Part shown: positions 37,850-48,152 of the stretch, one piece after another
Layout: every line of letters begins with the position of its first letter
Numbering within the stretch: position 1 is the first letter of the stretch
Translations under genes and position numbers: made by a program
Notes under the pieces: model-generated
Databases searched by the model: none
What the model saw: only the letters and a program-made list of their open reading frames with translations
What the model was told of the DNA's origin: nothing
Assembly: GCA_963702895.1 (NCBI GenBank)
Contig: OY969767.1
Span: 2,432,001 to 2,496,000 of the forward strand
Direction: 5' to 3'
Source: an uncultured Elusimicrobia bacterium
Lineage (GTDB): Bacteria > Elusimicrobiota > Elusimicrobia > 2-01-FULL-59-12
DNA length: 64,000 nucleotides

Positions 37850-38782
37850 TTATGCGGAAGCGATTTTGGCCAGCGTCAAGGTGCGACGAGAGGGCCATGG
37901 TGAAGCTTTGTAAGCGTGGTGCACATAATCCTGAAAAAGCTGTTGCAAGCGCCGGGTTATGGGCTTGGACAAACCTCGGCCAAGAGGATGCGCCCGGGAA
38001 GATCCCGCGCTCTTGAGCAGGACGACCGGAACAACTTCGAGCGTTGTGCTGGTGAGGAAGACCTCCTCCGCTTTCAGCAGATCAAGCGGCCTGTAGCGGC
38101 CTTCATGAGCTGGAATCTCATGAAGCTTGGCAAGTTTCAAGACCACGCCGCGCGTAATGCCCGGGAGGAGTCCGCAGGCCAGAGACGGCGTGTAGAGCTG
38201 GCCTTGCTTGACGAAAAAGATATTGGAAGTCGTTCCTTCCGTGAGCTCACCCTTCAGGTTCAAGAGGATGGCCTCAAAAACGCCCATCGCGTTGGCTTCC
38301 ATCTTCGCCTGAATGGTATTAAGCGAGCTGATGGATTTGATCTGGGGATCGAGCGCCTCGGGCGGGTTACGGCGGACTTGGGTGATCCCAATGGACACGC
38401 CCTCGCGCTGATAGCGCTCCACGTCTCGATGGGGGTGCAGCATCATCACCAGGGTAGGCGTCTTGCAAACCGATGGATCAAGCCCCAAAGGGCCCGGGCC
38501 GCGCGCCAGGGTGATGCGAACGCTCGCGTTGGGCTGCCGATTGGCTTTGAGCAGTTTCACCACGGCTCTTTCGAGCGCCCGGCCCGCCCATGGGCATCTC
38601 AAAGCGATGCGGCTGGCAGAATTCAGAAACCTGCGGTAATGGTCAGGCCAATGAAAGATCTGGTAGCCATAGGCATGGACGGTCTCATAAACCCCGTCGC
38701 CGTAGAGAAAGCCATGGTCGAAGGCGGAGACCCTGGCCGAACGCGCGTCGACGAGGCGGTCATTGATCCAGATCATCGCCAA
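37850..38782 (-). CDS. Class IV PLP enzyme (4-amino-4-deoxychorismate lyase/branched-chain aminotransferase-like)
   Basis: DHGFLYGDGVYET, IKS, EGTTSNIF, LLPGITR, EVFLTST. Confidence 0.9.
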   Translation of the reverse strand: MAMIWINDRLVDARSARVSAFDHGFLYGDGVYETVHAYGYQIFHWPDHYRRFLNSASRIALRCPWAGRALERAVVKLLKANRQPNASVRITLARGPGPLGLDPSVCKTPTLVMMLHPHRDVERYQREGVSIGITQVRRNPPEALDPQIKSISSLNTIQAKMEANAMGVFEAILLNLKGELTEGTTSNIFFVKQGQLYTPSLACGLLPGITRGVVLKLAKLHEIPAHEGRYRPLDLLKAEEVFLTSTTLEVVPVVLLKSAGSSRAHPLGRGLSKPITRRLQQLFQDYVHHAYKASPWPSRRTLTLAKIASA

Positions 38783-38787
38783 GAGCG

Positions 38788-40077
38788 TTATCGATCCTTC
38801 GGGGCGAAGTACCCTCGACGCTTATCGAAGGTGAGACTCTCGGCGTTTTCTTTCCACCAGGCTTTGGCTTCTTTGAAGGCTTTCTTCTTGTCTTTGGAGG
38901 TATAGGCGGAGGAGAAATCAAAATTCCTGTGGCAGAGGAGCTCAAAAGCCTGTTCTGCCGGAATCACACCTACGGTCCGAAGGACGCTGAGTTGGTTGCG
39001 CGTCTCATCATCCATAATTTTGTAACTGAGAGGCTGTGTTTGATGGCGTTCGATAAGGGTCATCAGATCCACCAGGGCCGTCCGGTCCCCCAGTGAGCCG
39101 CGCGCCACAAGGCGCCCTCCTGTAGGCCAAGAGCGGGATGCCACCTGGAGGATTGGCAAAGAAGCCCGGCTGTTCCGCCAAGCGAGCAGTACGCTCGCGT
39201 AATCGCCGTAGCCCACGTCATTGACCAGTTTTTCAAGGTACGCGCCCACGCGCGGGTCTGGCTGATGGGCCACCCGGTCCAGGATGTCCTTGGCTTCGGA
39301 CCAGTCGGCAACGTGTTGCCTGGCTCCGGCGGCAGGGCCATTGCTCCAAGCGATGATTTTCTCCTGCTCCTGCTCCGGCCTTTTTTCAAAGGCGACTTGG
39401 GCGTCCTTGATCCCTTCTGGCACGTACCAGAACTGCTCTTGCGCAAAGGGATGGACGCGTATCTGCTGGAGCCTGGATCTTGTGTCCTTTAAAAGGTGCC
39501 CCACGAGGTCCGCCTTACCCCCCTGGCTTTTCCACCATTTCTGCCAGACCTTGACGGATGGATCGAGACGCTTGCCGGTCACCTCCTGAAGAATCTCATA
39601 AGCGAGCACATTCGGTCCGGGGACCTTGAGGAGATTGATCAGCTCAGGAACATGCGCGGGTTGGATGAAGAGCACGAGTTTTTTTCGTGCCTTGTTTCGC
39701 AAATCCGGGTTCTTGCTACGAAGTCCCGCCAAATAGAGATTGCCTGAGAGGGAGAAGCTGTCCCATCTTTGGGACACGATGCCCGCCAGAACACATCGCG
39801 CGGAGGGGTTGAGCTTTGAGCGGACCTCCGCTTTGCCCAGCAAGGTTCGCACGTTGAGAAAATCGGGGCCATCCTGATCGTAGATTGAGCGCAGGATGGA
39901 GAATCCAGGGTCGGTCATGTCGCTGAGCTGCTCTTCGGGGATCTGGTTGAGCCGCTGGATAAGCTGAAGGACCGAAGTCTCCTCCGCAGCAGGGGCGGAT
40001 CCCGACAACATCGCAAGCGCTAAGATCAAAGAGACAAGAGATGAGAGACGGATGGTGGGGTGTCGTGACGGGTTCAT
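38788..40077 (-). CDS. Exported hypothetical protein, helical-repeat-like
   Basis: Signal peptide; two 'W..WW' capped helical segments; lies within the operon. Confidence 0.65.
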   Translation of the reverse strand: MNPSRHPTIRLSSLVSLILALAMLSGSAPAAEETSVLQLIQRLNQIPEEQLSDMTDPGFSILRSIYDQDGPDFLNVRTLLGKAEVRSKLNPSARCVLAGIVSQRWDSFSLSGNLYLAGLRSKNPDLRNKARKKLVLFIQPAHVPELINLLKVPGPNVLAYEILQEVTGKRLDPSVKVWQKWWKSQGGKADLVGHLLKDTRSRLQQIRVHPFAQEQFWYVPEGIKDAQVAFEKRPEQEQEKIIAWSNGPAAGARQHVADWSEAKDILDRVAHQPDPRVGAYLEKLVNDVGYGDYASVLLAWRNSRASLPILQVASRSWPTGGRLVARGSLGDRTALVDLMTLIERHQTQPLSYKIMDDETRNQLSVLRTVGVIPAEQAFELLCHRNFDFSSAYTSKDKKKAFKEAKAWWKENAESLTFDKRRGYFAPKDR

Positions 40078-41624
40078 GGAAGCCTCCTGTCTTTCGTGGG
40101 TGCCGGGACGCTCGCCCCCAATGCCTCGAGCATCGCCGCAGCTTTATAGAGTGTTTCCTGATATTCCCGAAGAGGAACGGAATCCGCGACAATGCCGGCG
40201 CCCACGGGAAAGGACAACTGGTTCTGATCGAGAAAGAGGGTCCTGATCAGGATATTCAGGGTGGCATCTCCCGTAAACCCGATCCATCCGAGAGACCCGG
40301 TATAGGGCCCGCGCTTGTGCGGCTCGAGTTTATGAATGATTTCCATCGACCGGATCTTCGGACAGCCTGTGATGGTACCTCCGGGAAAGGCGGCGCGCAG
40401 AAGATCCAGCCAGGAACATTCAGGTTTGAGCGTTCCGCGCACGTCGGAGACCAGGTGAATCACATGCGAATAAATCTCCCGGACCAGAGCTTCGGCCACA
40501 CGAACGGTCTTCGGCAAGCACACGCGCCCTAAATCATTGCGCTCAAGGTCCACGAGCATGATATGTTCCGCGCGCTCCTTCGCATCTTGCGCGAGGGCCT
40601 TCGCGAGCCAGACGTCATTGGAGAGCGGCACTCTTCTCGGATAAGTGCCCGCGATCGGTCGCGTCTCCACGCGCCCAGCTTCCAGACGCAGGAGAAGTTC
40701 CGGGGATTGACTGACCATCCAGCGTGTGCCGGATTTATAAAGCGCCGCGTAGGGAGAGGGATTAATCCGGGTCAGCTCCCGGTAGAGTGCCCAGGGATGA
40801 CCGCTCCATCGCGAGGTAAAGGCCTGGCTCAGATTACATTGGTAGATCTCTCCTGCCGCAATGAGGCCCTTGGCGCGCCGTACCATCAGTTGATAAGCGG
40901 CCTCCGAACGGTTGGACCGCACGTCCGTCGCATGGAACTCTCCCCAAGACCTATGACGATGAATGGCCTTCTGGAGAACCACCGCTGATCGACGCAAACG
41001 GTCCTGCCCCTGGCGGTAAAGGCGTTCCAGTTGAATCGGGGAGAGCGCACGGCCTTCAGGAATGAAAACAGAATGCACAAGCCACAAACGCTTCCTGGCG
41101 TGATCGATCGCGGCCACCGCGTCATAGATGCCAAACTCGAAATCCGGAAATCTTTCTACGGAGAGCATCGCGGGTTTAGGCCGTTTGCTTTGGAACAGAG
41201 ACTGAAGGCGCGGCTCGAGCGATGCCGCGCTTTCATAGCCAAAATACCCTACCGCCCCACCCCAAAAGGGAGGAAGCCCGTCCACGCGGGGTCCTGTCAT
41301 AGGACTAAACCAACCATGGAAGCGTTCAAAGGTGTTCCCGATTTTGATGGCTTCTTGCTTGGTCCCGGAGGAGGTGCGATGACGGAGCGTTAACGTGTCC
41401 TGGGCGGCCTCGACATGATACCGAGGAGCGTCGAGCGATAAATAAGAATATCGGGCCTGGGAGCCACCCGCAGCGCTGTGGAGAAAAAACGAATCCTTGT
41501 CCTGGGACTGGAGGTTATACACCCACTCCAGCAAATCGCTGGAAGGGAGGTGCGGCTCGATCCAAAGAGGGACCACCCGGTACTGGGTGGCCCAGCGGGC
41601 GAACTGATTAAAGGTCGGAAACAT
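40074..41624 (-). CDS. Chorismate-binding enzyme component I (PabB/TrpE family)
   Basis: GGAVGYFGYE, GEIYQ, SPELL, TRPIAGT, KERAEHIMLVDLERNDLG, FPGGTITGCPK. Confidence 0.93.
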   Translation of the reverse strand: MFPTFNQFARWATQYRVVPLWIEPHLPSSDLLEWVYNLQSQDKDSFFLHSAAGGSQARYSYLSLDAPRYHVEAAQDTLTLRHRTSSGTKQEAIKIGNTFERFHGWFSPMTGPRVDGLPPFWGGAVGYFGYESAASLEPRLQSLFQSKRPKPAMLSVERFPDFEFGIYDAVAAIDHARKRLWLVHSVFIPEGRALSPIQLERLYRQGQDRLRRSAVVLQKAIHRHRSWGEFHATDVRSNRSEAAYQLMVRRAKGLIAAGEIYQCNLSQAFTSRWSGHPWALYRELTRINPSPYAALYKSGTRWMVSQSPELLLRLEAGRVETRPIAGTYPRRVPLSNDVWLAKALAQDAKERAEHIMLVDLERNDLGRVCLPKTVRVAEALVREIYSHVIHLVSDVRGTLKPECSWLDLLRAAFPGGTITGCPKIRSMEIIHKLEPHKRGPYTGSLGWIGFTGDATLNILIRTLFLDQNQLSFPVGAGIVADSVPLREYQETLYKAAAMLEALGASVPAPTKDRRLP

Positions 41625-42843
41625 CGCCGTCTAAGGTCCGCATGACAAGGCCCGTGGTGACCTTGGGATAGAAATAAGTCGATTTTTGGGGCAGGGGCCT
41701 GCCCGCTTTACAAATGCGGGCAAACACCTCTTTGTCAGGGGGCGGCAGCAGGAACACCGCATCGTATTCCCCGCGCATGAGGTGTTCCGCCATCTCGCGC
41801 GGATTTTGCCCATAGGAGATCTGCTCCAGCGGAATATCTTTGAGGACGCCCTCATGCAGCGCGACCACAGGCATGGGAGAGACTTTGTCCTTGGGCGAGA
41901 GCCAGTAGGCCGGACCACTTTTTAAAAGAAGCCCCATGCCGGAATGCTCATTCTTTCGTCTCAAGCGGCTCATGACAACGCTCAAGCCCGGGACCTTTCG
42001 AAGGATGAAATAGGGCGTGATGCGATTTTCCCATTCCGCTTGTGAGGCTTGATAGCGCACGGCTCGATGCGTCGGTTGAATGACAAGCCCCGGGTCCGTC
42101 AGGGAGCACAAAAAGGTCATCACGTAATGGTAAGCCTTTGTCTTTTTGGACGAGTGCTGGCTTGCTTGAGAGCGCTCCTGTGCATAATCCCAAGACGTTT
42201 CATACCGGTGATGGCCGTCTGCGATCAAAATATCCCCTGAAGAAACGATTTTTCTTAAGGCCTTGATCGTTGGAGGATCTGACCATTTCCATAAGCGGTG
42301 TGTGACGCCTTTGTCGTCCCGGCAAACGAGAAGCGGTTTTGCCTGCATGCGCTCGCCGATGATCTTACAGGCCTGGCTTTGGGGGTCGAAATAGATGCCA
42401 AAGATAGGGCTGATGTTGGCGCGCGTCGCGCGCATGAGCATCAGACGGTCCGCCTTATGCTTGGGGAAGGTCCGCTCATGAGGACGGATGCGGCCTCTCC
42501 CCGGTTTTTCCACACGCAGCGCCGCGAAGAACCCCTGACGCACAAAAGGCGCGCCGCTCACATTAAATCGTTGTTCATACCCGTAGAAGCATGGTTCTTT
42601 TTCTCGGATGAGCGTCTTGTTGTTCTGCCACTTCTTCCAGAAAAGCGCGGCGACCTCATATTTGTCTTTGCTGCCCTGGGTCATCGGAAGCTCCACGCGG
42701 ACCATGTTCCAGGGACTCCTGCCCATCAAGCGGTGATAGTCCGTGATGCTGATCACGTCATAGGGAGGGCAAATGATCTGGGAAAGGCTGGGGTGGCGCT
42801 TGAGGTTATAGCGAAGTGCCTTGAAAGGCGCGATCTCGACCAT
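41608..42843 (-). CDS. DUF1015 family protein
   Basis: PPYDVI, PHERT, IADGHHRYET, PTHR, PQKSTYFYPK. Confidence 0.92.
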   Translation of the reverse strand: MVEIAPFKALRYNLKRHPSLSQIICPPYDVISITDYHRLMGRSPWNMVRVELPMTQGSKDKYEVAALFWKKWQNNKTLIREKEPCFYGYEQRFNVSGAPFVRQGFFAALRVEKPGRGRIRPHERTFPKHKADRLMLMRATRANISPIFGIYFDPQSQACKIIGERMQAKPLLVCRDDKGVTHRLWKWSDPPTIKALRKIVSSGDILIADGHHRYETSWDYAQERSQASQHSSKKTKAYHYVMTFLCSLTDPGLVIQPTHRAVRYQASQAEWENRITPYFILRKVPGLSVVMSRLRRKNEHSGMGLLLKSGPAYWLSPKDKVSPMPVVALHEGVLKDIPLEQISYGQNPREMAEHLMRGEYDAVFLLPPPDKEVFARICKAGRPLPQKSTYFYPKVTTGLVMRTLDGDVSDL

Positions 42844-42880
42844 GCTGCTATTTTAGCTTAGAAGGGCTTTCGAAACGAGT

Positions 42881-44173
42881 CTAGCTGACAGGAAGCTTGG
42901 AAAAAGTTTTTTCGATGGCGGCAAGGGCCTTCTTCAGCACAGCCTTGGAGTGGGTGGTCGTGATAAAAGCGGCCTCAAAGGCGGAAGGAGGAAGGTAGAC
43001 GCCGCGTTCCAGAAGCTCATGGAAGAACGTCGCGTAGAGCGCTGTGTTGGACCTTTGAACACTGACAAGGTCGACCACAGGAGCGTTGTTGAAGAAGAGT
43101 GTCCACATGGAACCGATGCGATTGATACGGACAGGCAGGCCCGCTTCCCTTGCGATCTCTTCAATTTCACCGGTGAACCAGGTTGTTACTTTTTCAAGGG
43201 CTTTATAAGGTGATCGTGCTTTCAGGATGGTGAGCGTGGCAATGCCGGCAGCGACCGCCACGGGGTTGCCCGCCAGGGTGCCAGCCTGGTAAACAGGGCC
43301 TAGGGGAGCGACCCATTCCATGATGTCGCGCCGACCGCCATAGGCGGCCAGGGGCATTCCCCCCCCTACGATCTTGCCAAGACAGGTGAGATCTGGCGTG
43401 ACTTTATAAACGGTTTGAGCGCCGCCGTAGTTGACGCGGAAACCGCTGATCACTTCGTCAAAAATAAGAAGAGCATTATGCGCCGACGTAAGGGTTCGGA
43501 GTTCTTCCAAAAAACCCTCGCGCGGAGGGACCACGCCCATATTGGCGGCGATAGGCTCCACAATGACAGCGGCGATCGACTCGCCTTCCCTCCGAAAGAG
43601 GTCCCGAGCGGCTTCAAGATCGTTGTAGGGCAAAACGCGGGTTTTCTGGGCCAAGGAAGCCGGAATCCCGGCAGAATCGGGCGAGGAGAGCGTCAGCGCC
43701 CCGGAACCGGCCTTGACGAGGAGCGAATCGACATGCCCATGGTAACATCCGGAAAATTTCACAATCACTTCGCGCTGGGTGGCCGCTCTTGCGACACGCA
43801 AGGCGGACATCACAGCTTCCGTGCCTGAGCTGACCAAGCGCATGCGCGCCATGGACGGAACAGCCTTTTGAATAAGCTGTCCCAACTCCAGTTCCAGCTC
43901 CGTAGGAGCCCCAAAGGAGAGACCCCGCTTGGCTGTGCGGGCAATCGTTGCCGCAAGCACATTCGGTATATGCCCCAAGACAGAGGCGCCCCAAGAGCCA
44001 CAGAAGTCGATCAGCCGGTGGCCATCGGCGTCCCACACATAGGGGCCCTGGCCGCGCGTGATAAAGCGCGGCGTCCCTCCCACGCCCTTAAACGAGCGGA
44101 CCGGGGAATTCACACCACCTACAAAAACGTCCTGGGACTTCCTAAATAAGAGATCGGATTTCTTCGTTTTCAT
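42881..44173 (-). CDS. hemL: Glutamate-1-semialdehyde 2,1-aminomutase
   Basis: GGVNSPVR, SGTEAVM, YHGHVD, FDEVISGFR, GKIVGGGMP, QAGTLAGNP. Confidence 0.98.
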   Translation of the reverse strand: MKTKKSDLLFRKSQDVFVGGVNSPVRSFKGVGGTPRFITRGQGPYVWDADGHRLIDFCGSWGASVLGHIPNVLAATIARTAKRGLSFGAPTELELELGQLIQKAVPSMARMRLVSSGTEAVMSALRVARAATQREVIVKFSGCYHGHVDSLLVKAGSGALTLSSPDSAGIPASLAQKTRVLPYNDLEAARDLFRREGESIAAVIVEPIAANMGVVPPREGFLEELRTLTSAHNALLIFDEVISGFRVNYGGAQTVYKVTPDLTCLGKIVGGGMPLAAYGGRRDIMEWVAPLGPVYQAGTLAGNPVAVAAGIATLTILKARSPYKALEKVTTWFTGEIEEIAREAGLPVRINRIGSMWTLFFNNAPVVDLVSVQRSNTALYATFFHELLERGVYLPPSAFEAAFITTTHSKAVLKKALAAIEKTFSKLPVS

Positions 44174-44212
44174 GGGTTCATTCGGGCAAAATACTACCAT
44201 TTGAACCCGTCG

Positions 44213-44241
44213 TTGACAATATCGACGGAAAATTTTACAAT
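44213..44241 (+). promoter_or_regulatory. Sigma70-type promoter for the HAD-NTP transferase operon
   Basis: TTGACA-17 nt-TACAAT; imperfect palindrome ccgtcg...cgacgg overlaps the -35 box. Confidence 0.7.
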
Positions 44242-44298
44242 CCGCATCGGACCCACAGCAACGACACCGTAAATATCAATCCATATCTAAAAATAAAC

Positions 44299-45003
44299 AT
44301 GATTTCGGCATTATTATTTGATTTTGGGGGCACCCTGGACTCCGATGGCGAGCATTGGCTTAACCGGTTCTATGCCATTTATCCCGATATAGGCTTACCC
44401 GAAGTGCCTAAACCAAAGATTAAAGAGGCCTTTTACTGGGCTGATGAGCAGGCGAGTATCGACCCTGCCATGCGTCAGGCCGGTCTCAGACAAATGACCG
44501 AGCTTCACGTCCGCTGGCAATTTCATAAACTGGGGCTCCATGACCGTCAGCTTGAAGTCGAAGCCGCGGCGGCCTTCTACAAACCGGCCAACCGAATTCT
44601 TCGTCGTAATCGACACGTTCTAGAGAAATTAAAACACGCTGGTTTGAAACTCGGGATCCTCTCGAATTTTTATGGCAACATCGACACACTCTGCAGGGAA
44701 TATTCCTTCTCCCCCCATTTGGACATCATCTTGGACTCGGCCGTGATCGGAATAAAAAAGCCTGACCCGAGGCTCTTTGCGCTTGCCTGCGAGCGGCTGA
44801 AGCTACCGGCCCATGAAATCGCTTTTGTCGGCGACTCCTTTGAGCGTGATATCGTCCCAGCGAAAATCCTTGGAATGAAGACGTTTTGGCTTGTTGGAGA
44901 TCGCAAGCTCACACCCCCTGAGCCCGCCAAAGTGGACTGCATCCTTCGAAGCCTGGCGGACCTCCCCCATGATCTTGTCCCTCACCACAAAGATCCCAAA
45001 TGA
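44299..45003 (+). CDS. HAD family hydrolase
   Basis: FDFGGTLD, LSNFYGN, KPDP, VGDS..RDI. Confidence 0.92.
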   Translation: MISALLFDFGGTLDSDGEHWLNRFYAIYPDIGLPEVPKPKIKEAFYWADEQASIDPAMRQAGLRQMTELHVRWQFHKLGLHDRQLEVEAAAAFYKPANRILRRNRHVLEKLKHAGLKLGILSNFYGNIDTLCREYSFSPHLDIILDSAVIGIKKPDPRLFALACERLKLPAHEIAFVGDSFERDIVPAKILGMKTFWLVGDRKLTPPEPAKVDCILRSLADLPHDLVPHHKDPK

Positions 45004-45869
45004 AGGCAGGCATCATCGCGGCGGGATGGGGCCAGAGACTAGCTCAGAACATCCCCAAAGCCCTGACGCCCATAGGACGGAGAGCTCTGATCGATTACGC
45101 CCTCGACGGCTTGCAAGCCGCGGGGGCGAGCGAAGTGACCTGTATTGTCAACGAAGCCGCAAGGTCGGTCCCCGACTATGTGGCAAAAGCCAGTCGAAGA
45201 ATCAAAATGGACTGGGTGATTCAAACGACACCTTCGTCGATGCACAGTTTTTTAATCGTGCTGGAGCATCTCGCGAATCAGCCCTCACCCCCAACCCTCT
45301 CCCGCGTGCACGCGGGAGAGGGCGAGGTCCGCAGGGCCGCGGGTGAGGGGAGCGAAGCCTTTTTGATTACCACGGTGGACTCGGTTGGTCCGCTTTCGAT
45401 CTACAAGGATTTTGTCGAATCTTGCCAGCACTTCCCGGACGCGGATCTCTGCCTGGGGCTGACCCCCCATACCGACGACGAAAAACCCCTACGCGTGGCG
45501 ATGCGCGGCAAGGAAGGAACAGGCCTGCTCCCGGAGCGCGTGGCGCAAGATCCCCCGGCCTTTGAGATCACGGCGATGAGCAGCAACGGATTCGAAAGCG
45601 AGTTCGTGACCGCCGGCCTCTACTGGGCTCATCCGCGCATTCTCCAAGAGAAGGAGAAGGTTCTCTCCGGCGGGCTCTCAGCGCTGCGGCAGTACTTCGG
45701 CTACCTGTTAAAATATGGTTATCGTTTCTACGGTGTGCCCCTGCCGCCAGTTCTGGACGTGGACCGGCCTCAGGACATCGCAAAGGCTGCAGAATGGGAA
45801 CGCTCCGGGCTCGTGGCGCAAGCCACGGGCAGCGCCCAAGCGCCTCCAGCCGAAAGACGAGAGGGATGA
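45000..45869 (+). CDS. Nucleotidyltransferase (NTP transferase family) with in-frame repeat insertion
   Basis: IIAAGWGQRL...PKAL, TTPSSMHSF, ITTVD, DVDRPQDI. Confidence 0.88.
   Translation: MKAGIIAAGWGQRLAQNIPKALTPIGRRALIDYALDGLQAAGASEVTCIVNEAARSVPDYVAKASRRIKMDWVIQTTPSSMHSFLIVLEHLANQPSPPTLSRVHAGEGEVRRAAGEGSEAFLITTVDSVGPLSIYKDFVESCQHFPDADLCLGLTPHTDDEKPLRVAMRGKEGTGLLPERVAQDPPAFEITAMSSNGFESEFVTAGLYWAHPRILQEKEKVLSGGLSALRQYFGYLLKYGYRFYGVPLPPVLDVDRPQDIAKAAEWERSGLVAQATGSAQAPPAERREG
45282..45349. repeat. CCCTCACCC-type palindromic element in frame in the nucleotidyltransferase
   Basis: ccctcacccccaaccctctcccgcgtgcacgcgggagaggg...gggtgaggg; encodes PSPPTLSRVHAGEGEVRRAAGEG. Confidence 0.88.
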
Positions 45870-46717
45870 TGCGTTTCTTGGGTATTTATCGTGAGCCAGA
45901 GTTTTCTCCTGGCCGACACCTGTCCAATGACGCCAAAATCCTGCGCTTGGTCGCACAGGCCTTAGCGTGCCAGGACATCTCGGTGCGCCTGGCCACGCTG
46001 GAAGAGGCTCGAGGCGAGTGGCAGGACGCGGACCTCATTTTCTCCATGTGTCAGGGGCCACAAGCTCTCCACGAGCTCACGCGGTGGAAGAGGCAGGGCG
46101 CTTGGATCCTCAATGACCCCGAAGCCTCTCGCCGGACCTATCGCGACAGCCTCTGTTCAGCCCTGCGCGAAGAGGATCTGAGATTTCCGCACAGCGAATT
46201 TATTTCCACGAGCGCCCACCTCCGGGACCTGGAAAGTTTTCAGCCCTGGTTCTTGAACGAAGGCGCCTGGCTTAAACGCGCGGATGTCCACGCGACCACC
46301 CCGTCCGACGTGGTGAAACTCGAACGGTGGTCAGACTTGAACTCGGTACTCGGAAGATTTCGCGCGCGCGGCCTCGAGAAAGCGGTTTTGCAGCATCATT
46401 GCCCGGGCGATGAAGTGAAGTTCTATGCCGTCAAAGGGGATCGCCTGTTTTGGCCTTACTACCCTAAAGAATCCGAAGGGCACCCTTTTGATGAAAAAGC
46501 GCTCAAAGCCCTCGCGGAGCATGCGGCCAAAACGTTGGATCTCGCCATTTATGGCGGAGACGCGATTATTTCCCCGGAAGGCAGGATCACTCTGATCGAT
46601 TTAAACGACTGGCCATCTTTCGCCCCCTGCCGGGGTGCCGCGGCCAGCGCCATCGCCAAATTCTTAAAGGATGCCTATCGTGCCCGCCAAAACAAAAGAG
46701 AAACAGCCAAAGTCTAA
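45866..46717 (+). CDS. ATP-grasp-like protein
   Basis: RE.EFSP..H.SND..I, WLKR.DVH, QHH..GDEVKFY, IYGGD, IDLNDWPSF. Confidence 0.7.
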   Translation: MMRFLGIYREPEFSPGRHLSNDAKILRLVAQALACQDISVRLATLEEARGEWQDADLIFSMCQGPQALHELTRWKRQGAWILNDPEASRRTYRDSLCSALREEDLRFPHSEFISTSAHLRDLESFQPWFLNEGAWLKRADVHATTPSDVVKLERWSDLNSVLGRFRARGLEKAVLQHHCPGDEVKFYAVKGDRLFWPYYPKESEGHPFDEKALKALAEHAAKTLDLAIYGGDAIISPEGRITLIDLNDWPSFAPCRGAAASAIAKFLKDAYRARQNKRETAKV

Positions 46718-48152
46718 GTTCGTCCGACGTACGACGTCCGACGCCCGCACATCTCACCCGAAACGGCCTCTGCGGGTCGCCCCTGGCCCCGAAGGACTTC
46801 AGGACGTCGGACCTCGGACGTCGGACGCCCTCACAGGCTGGCCCGGCCCAAAATCCGTCGCCCTCTTCGAAGAGGAGCAAGCTTTCCTCTCCCCAGGCAA
46901 TCAGTCGATCGCGCTCCTCTCGAAATTAACGATCGAGCGTGGCAGCGGCTGTCGCCTCACGGATGCTGACGGCAACTCCTATCTCGACTTGAATGGAGGT
47001 GTTTCGAGCGCAAGCCTTGGCCACTGCCATCCAAAGTTCGTTCAGGCGATGACGGACCAGCTCTCCAAAGTGACCCTGGGCAGTTATACCAGCCGTTCCC
47101 GTCTGGCTTTGGTCAAGTTGCTCGCGAAGATTGCCCCCAAAGGCCTGCGGCGGACTCAGTTTTTTTCCAGCGGCGCCGAAGCCGTCGAGGCCGCTTTTCG
47201 GCTCGCGAAGTCGATCACGAAGAAAAACCAGATCTTTGGGTTCTGGGGTGGCTATCATGGCAAAACACAAGGGACCCTGCCGCTTTCTCTGGTTGATTGG
47301 AAGTTCGAGCTCGGCCCCTTGATGGCCGGCTACCAACAGACGCCTTATGCGGACTGCTACCGTTGCCCCTTCCGTGCGCGCTATCCGGAATGTGGTCTGG
47401 CCTGCGCTGAATATTTCCGTGATCAGATCCGTGCGACCGCCAGAGGCGACGTCGCCGCCGTTATCGCCGAGCCTGTTCAGGGCACGGCGGGCAATATCGT
47501 TCCTCCCGATGGATTCATTCGAGCGGTATGCGAAATCGCCAAAGAGGAAGGTGCTGTCTTTATCTCGGACGAAATGATTACGGGCTTTGGCCGCACCGGT
47601 CACATGTTCGGCGTGGACCACGACAACGTCTTGCCGGACGTGATGAGCGTGGGCAAAGGCATGGGCAACGGTTTCCCCGTATCGGGCGTCATCACCACGG
47701 ACGCGCATGCCCAGGCCAGGCCCTGGTCGCTCCCCAGCGCATCCTCTTCGAGCTACGGGGGCAATCCTTTCGCGAGCGAAGCGGTGCGCGTCACGACGCA
47801 AACGATCCTCGAAGAGGACCTCGTGAACAACAGCGCCCGCGTGGGACGCGTGCTCTTGGATGGCATTCGAAAGCTCCAAGGCCACTATCCTTTTATCGGG
47901 GACGTGCGCGGGCGTGGGCTGCTGATCGGCATGGACCTGGTCAAAGACCGCAAGACAAAGGAGTTCCTGCCTGCGGTCCTTTGCGAGAAGTTCTTTTTTG
48001 AATGTTTAAAGCGCGGTCTCCTCATGATGAGTTACACGCCGCGCGTCCGCATTCATCCGCCCTTGGTCCTGAGCGAATCCGAAGCCCAGGAAGCTCTCGC
48101 CAAAATGGATGAAGCGTTGGCGACCCTTGTCTCCGACTTCGAGAAGCTATGA
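46680..48152 (+). CDS. Class III aminotransferase; start at GTG 46680 or ATG 46671
   Basis: PGPKS, SGAEAVE, YHGKT, EPVQG, DEMITGFGRTG, GKGMGNG, DVRGRGL. Confidence 0.93.
   Translation: MPAKTKEKQPKSKFVRRTTSDARTSHPKRPLRVAPGPEGLQDVGPRTSDALTGWPGPKSVALFEEEQAFLSPGNQSIALLSKLTIERGSGCRLTDADGNSYLDLNGGVSSASLGHCHPKFVQAMTDQLSKVTLGSYTSRSRLALVKLLAKIAPKGLRRTQFFSSGAEAVEAAFRLAKSITKKNQIFGFWGGYHGKTQGTLPLSLVDWKFELGPLMAGYQQTPYADCYRCPFRARYPECGLACAEYFRDQIRATARGDVAAVIAEPVQGTAGNIVPPDGFIRAVCEIAKEEGAVFISDEMITGFGRTGHMFGVDHDNVLPDVMSVGKGMGNGFPVSGVITTDAHAQARPWSLPSASSSSYGGNPFASEAVRVTTQTILEEDLVNNSARVGRVLLDGIRKLQGHYPFIGDVRGRGLLIGMDLVKDRKTKEFLPAVLCEKFFFECLKRGLLMMSYTPRVRIHPPLVLSESEAQEALAKMDEALATLVSDFEKL
46721..46827. mobile_element. 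107-bp MITE-like element with heptameric (CGTCCGA) inverted ends, copy 1
   Basis: cgtccgacgtacgacgtccgacg ... ggacgtcggacctcggacgtcggacg; ungapped homology to 59436-59542. Confidence 0.8.
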
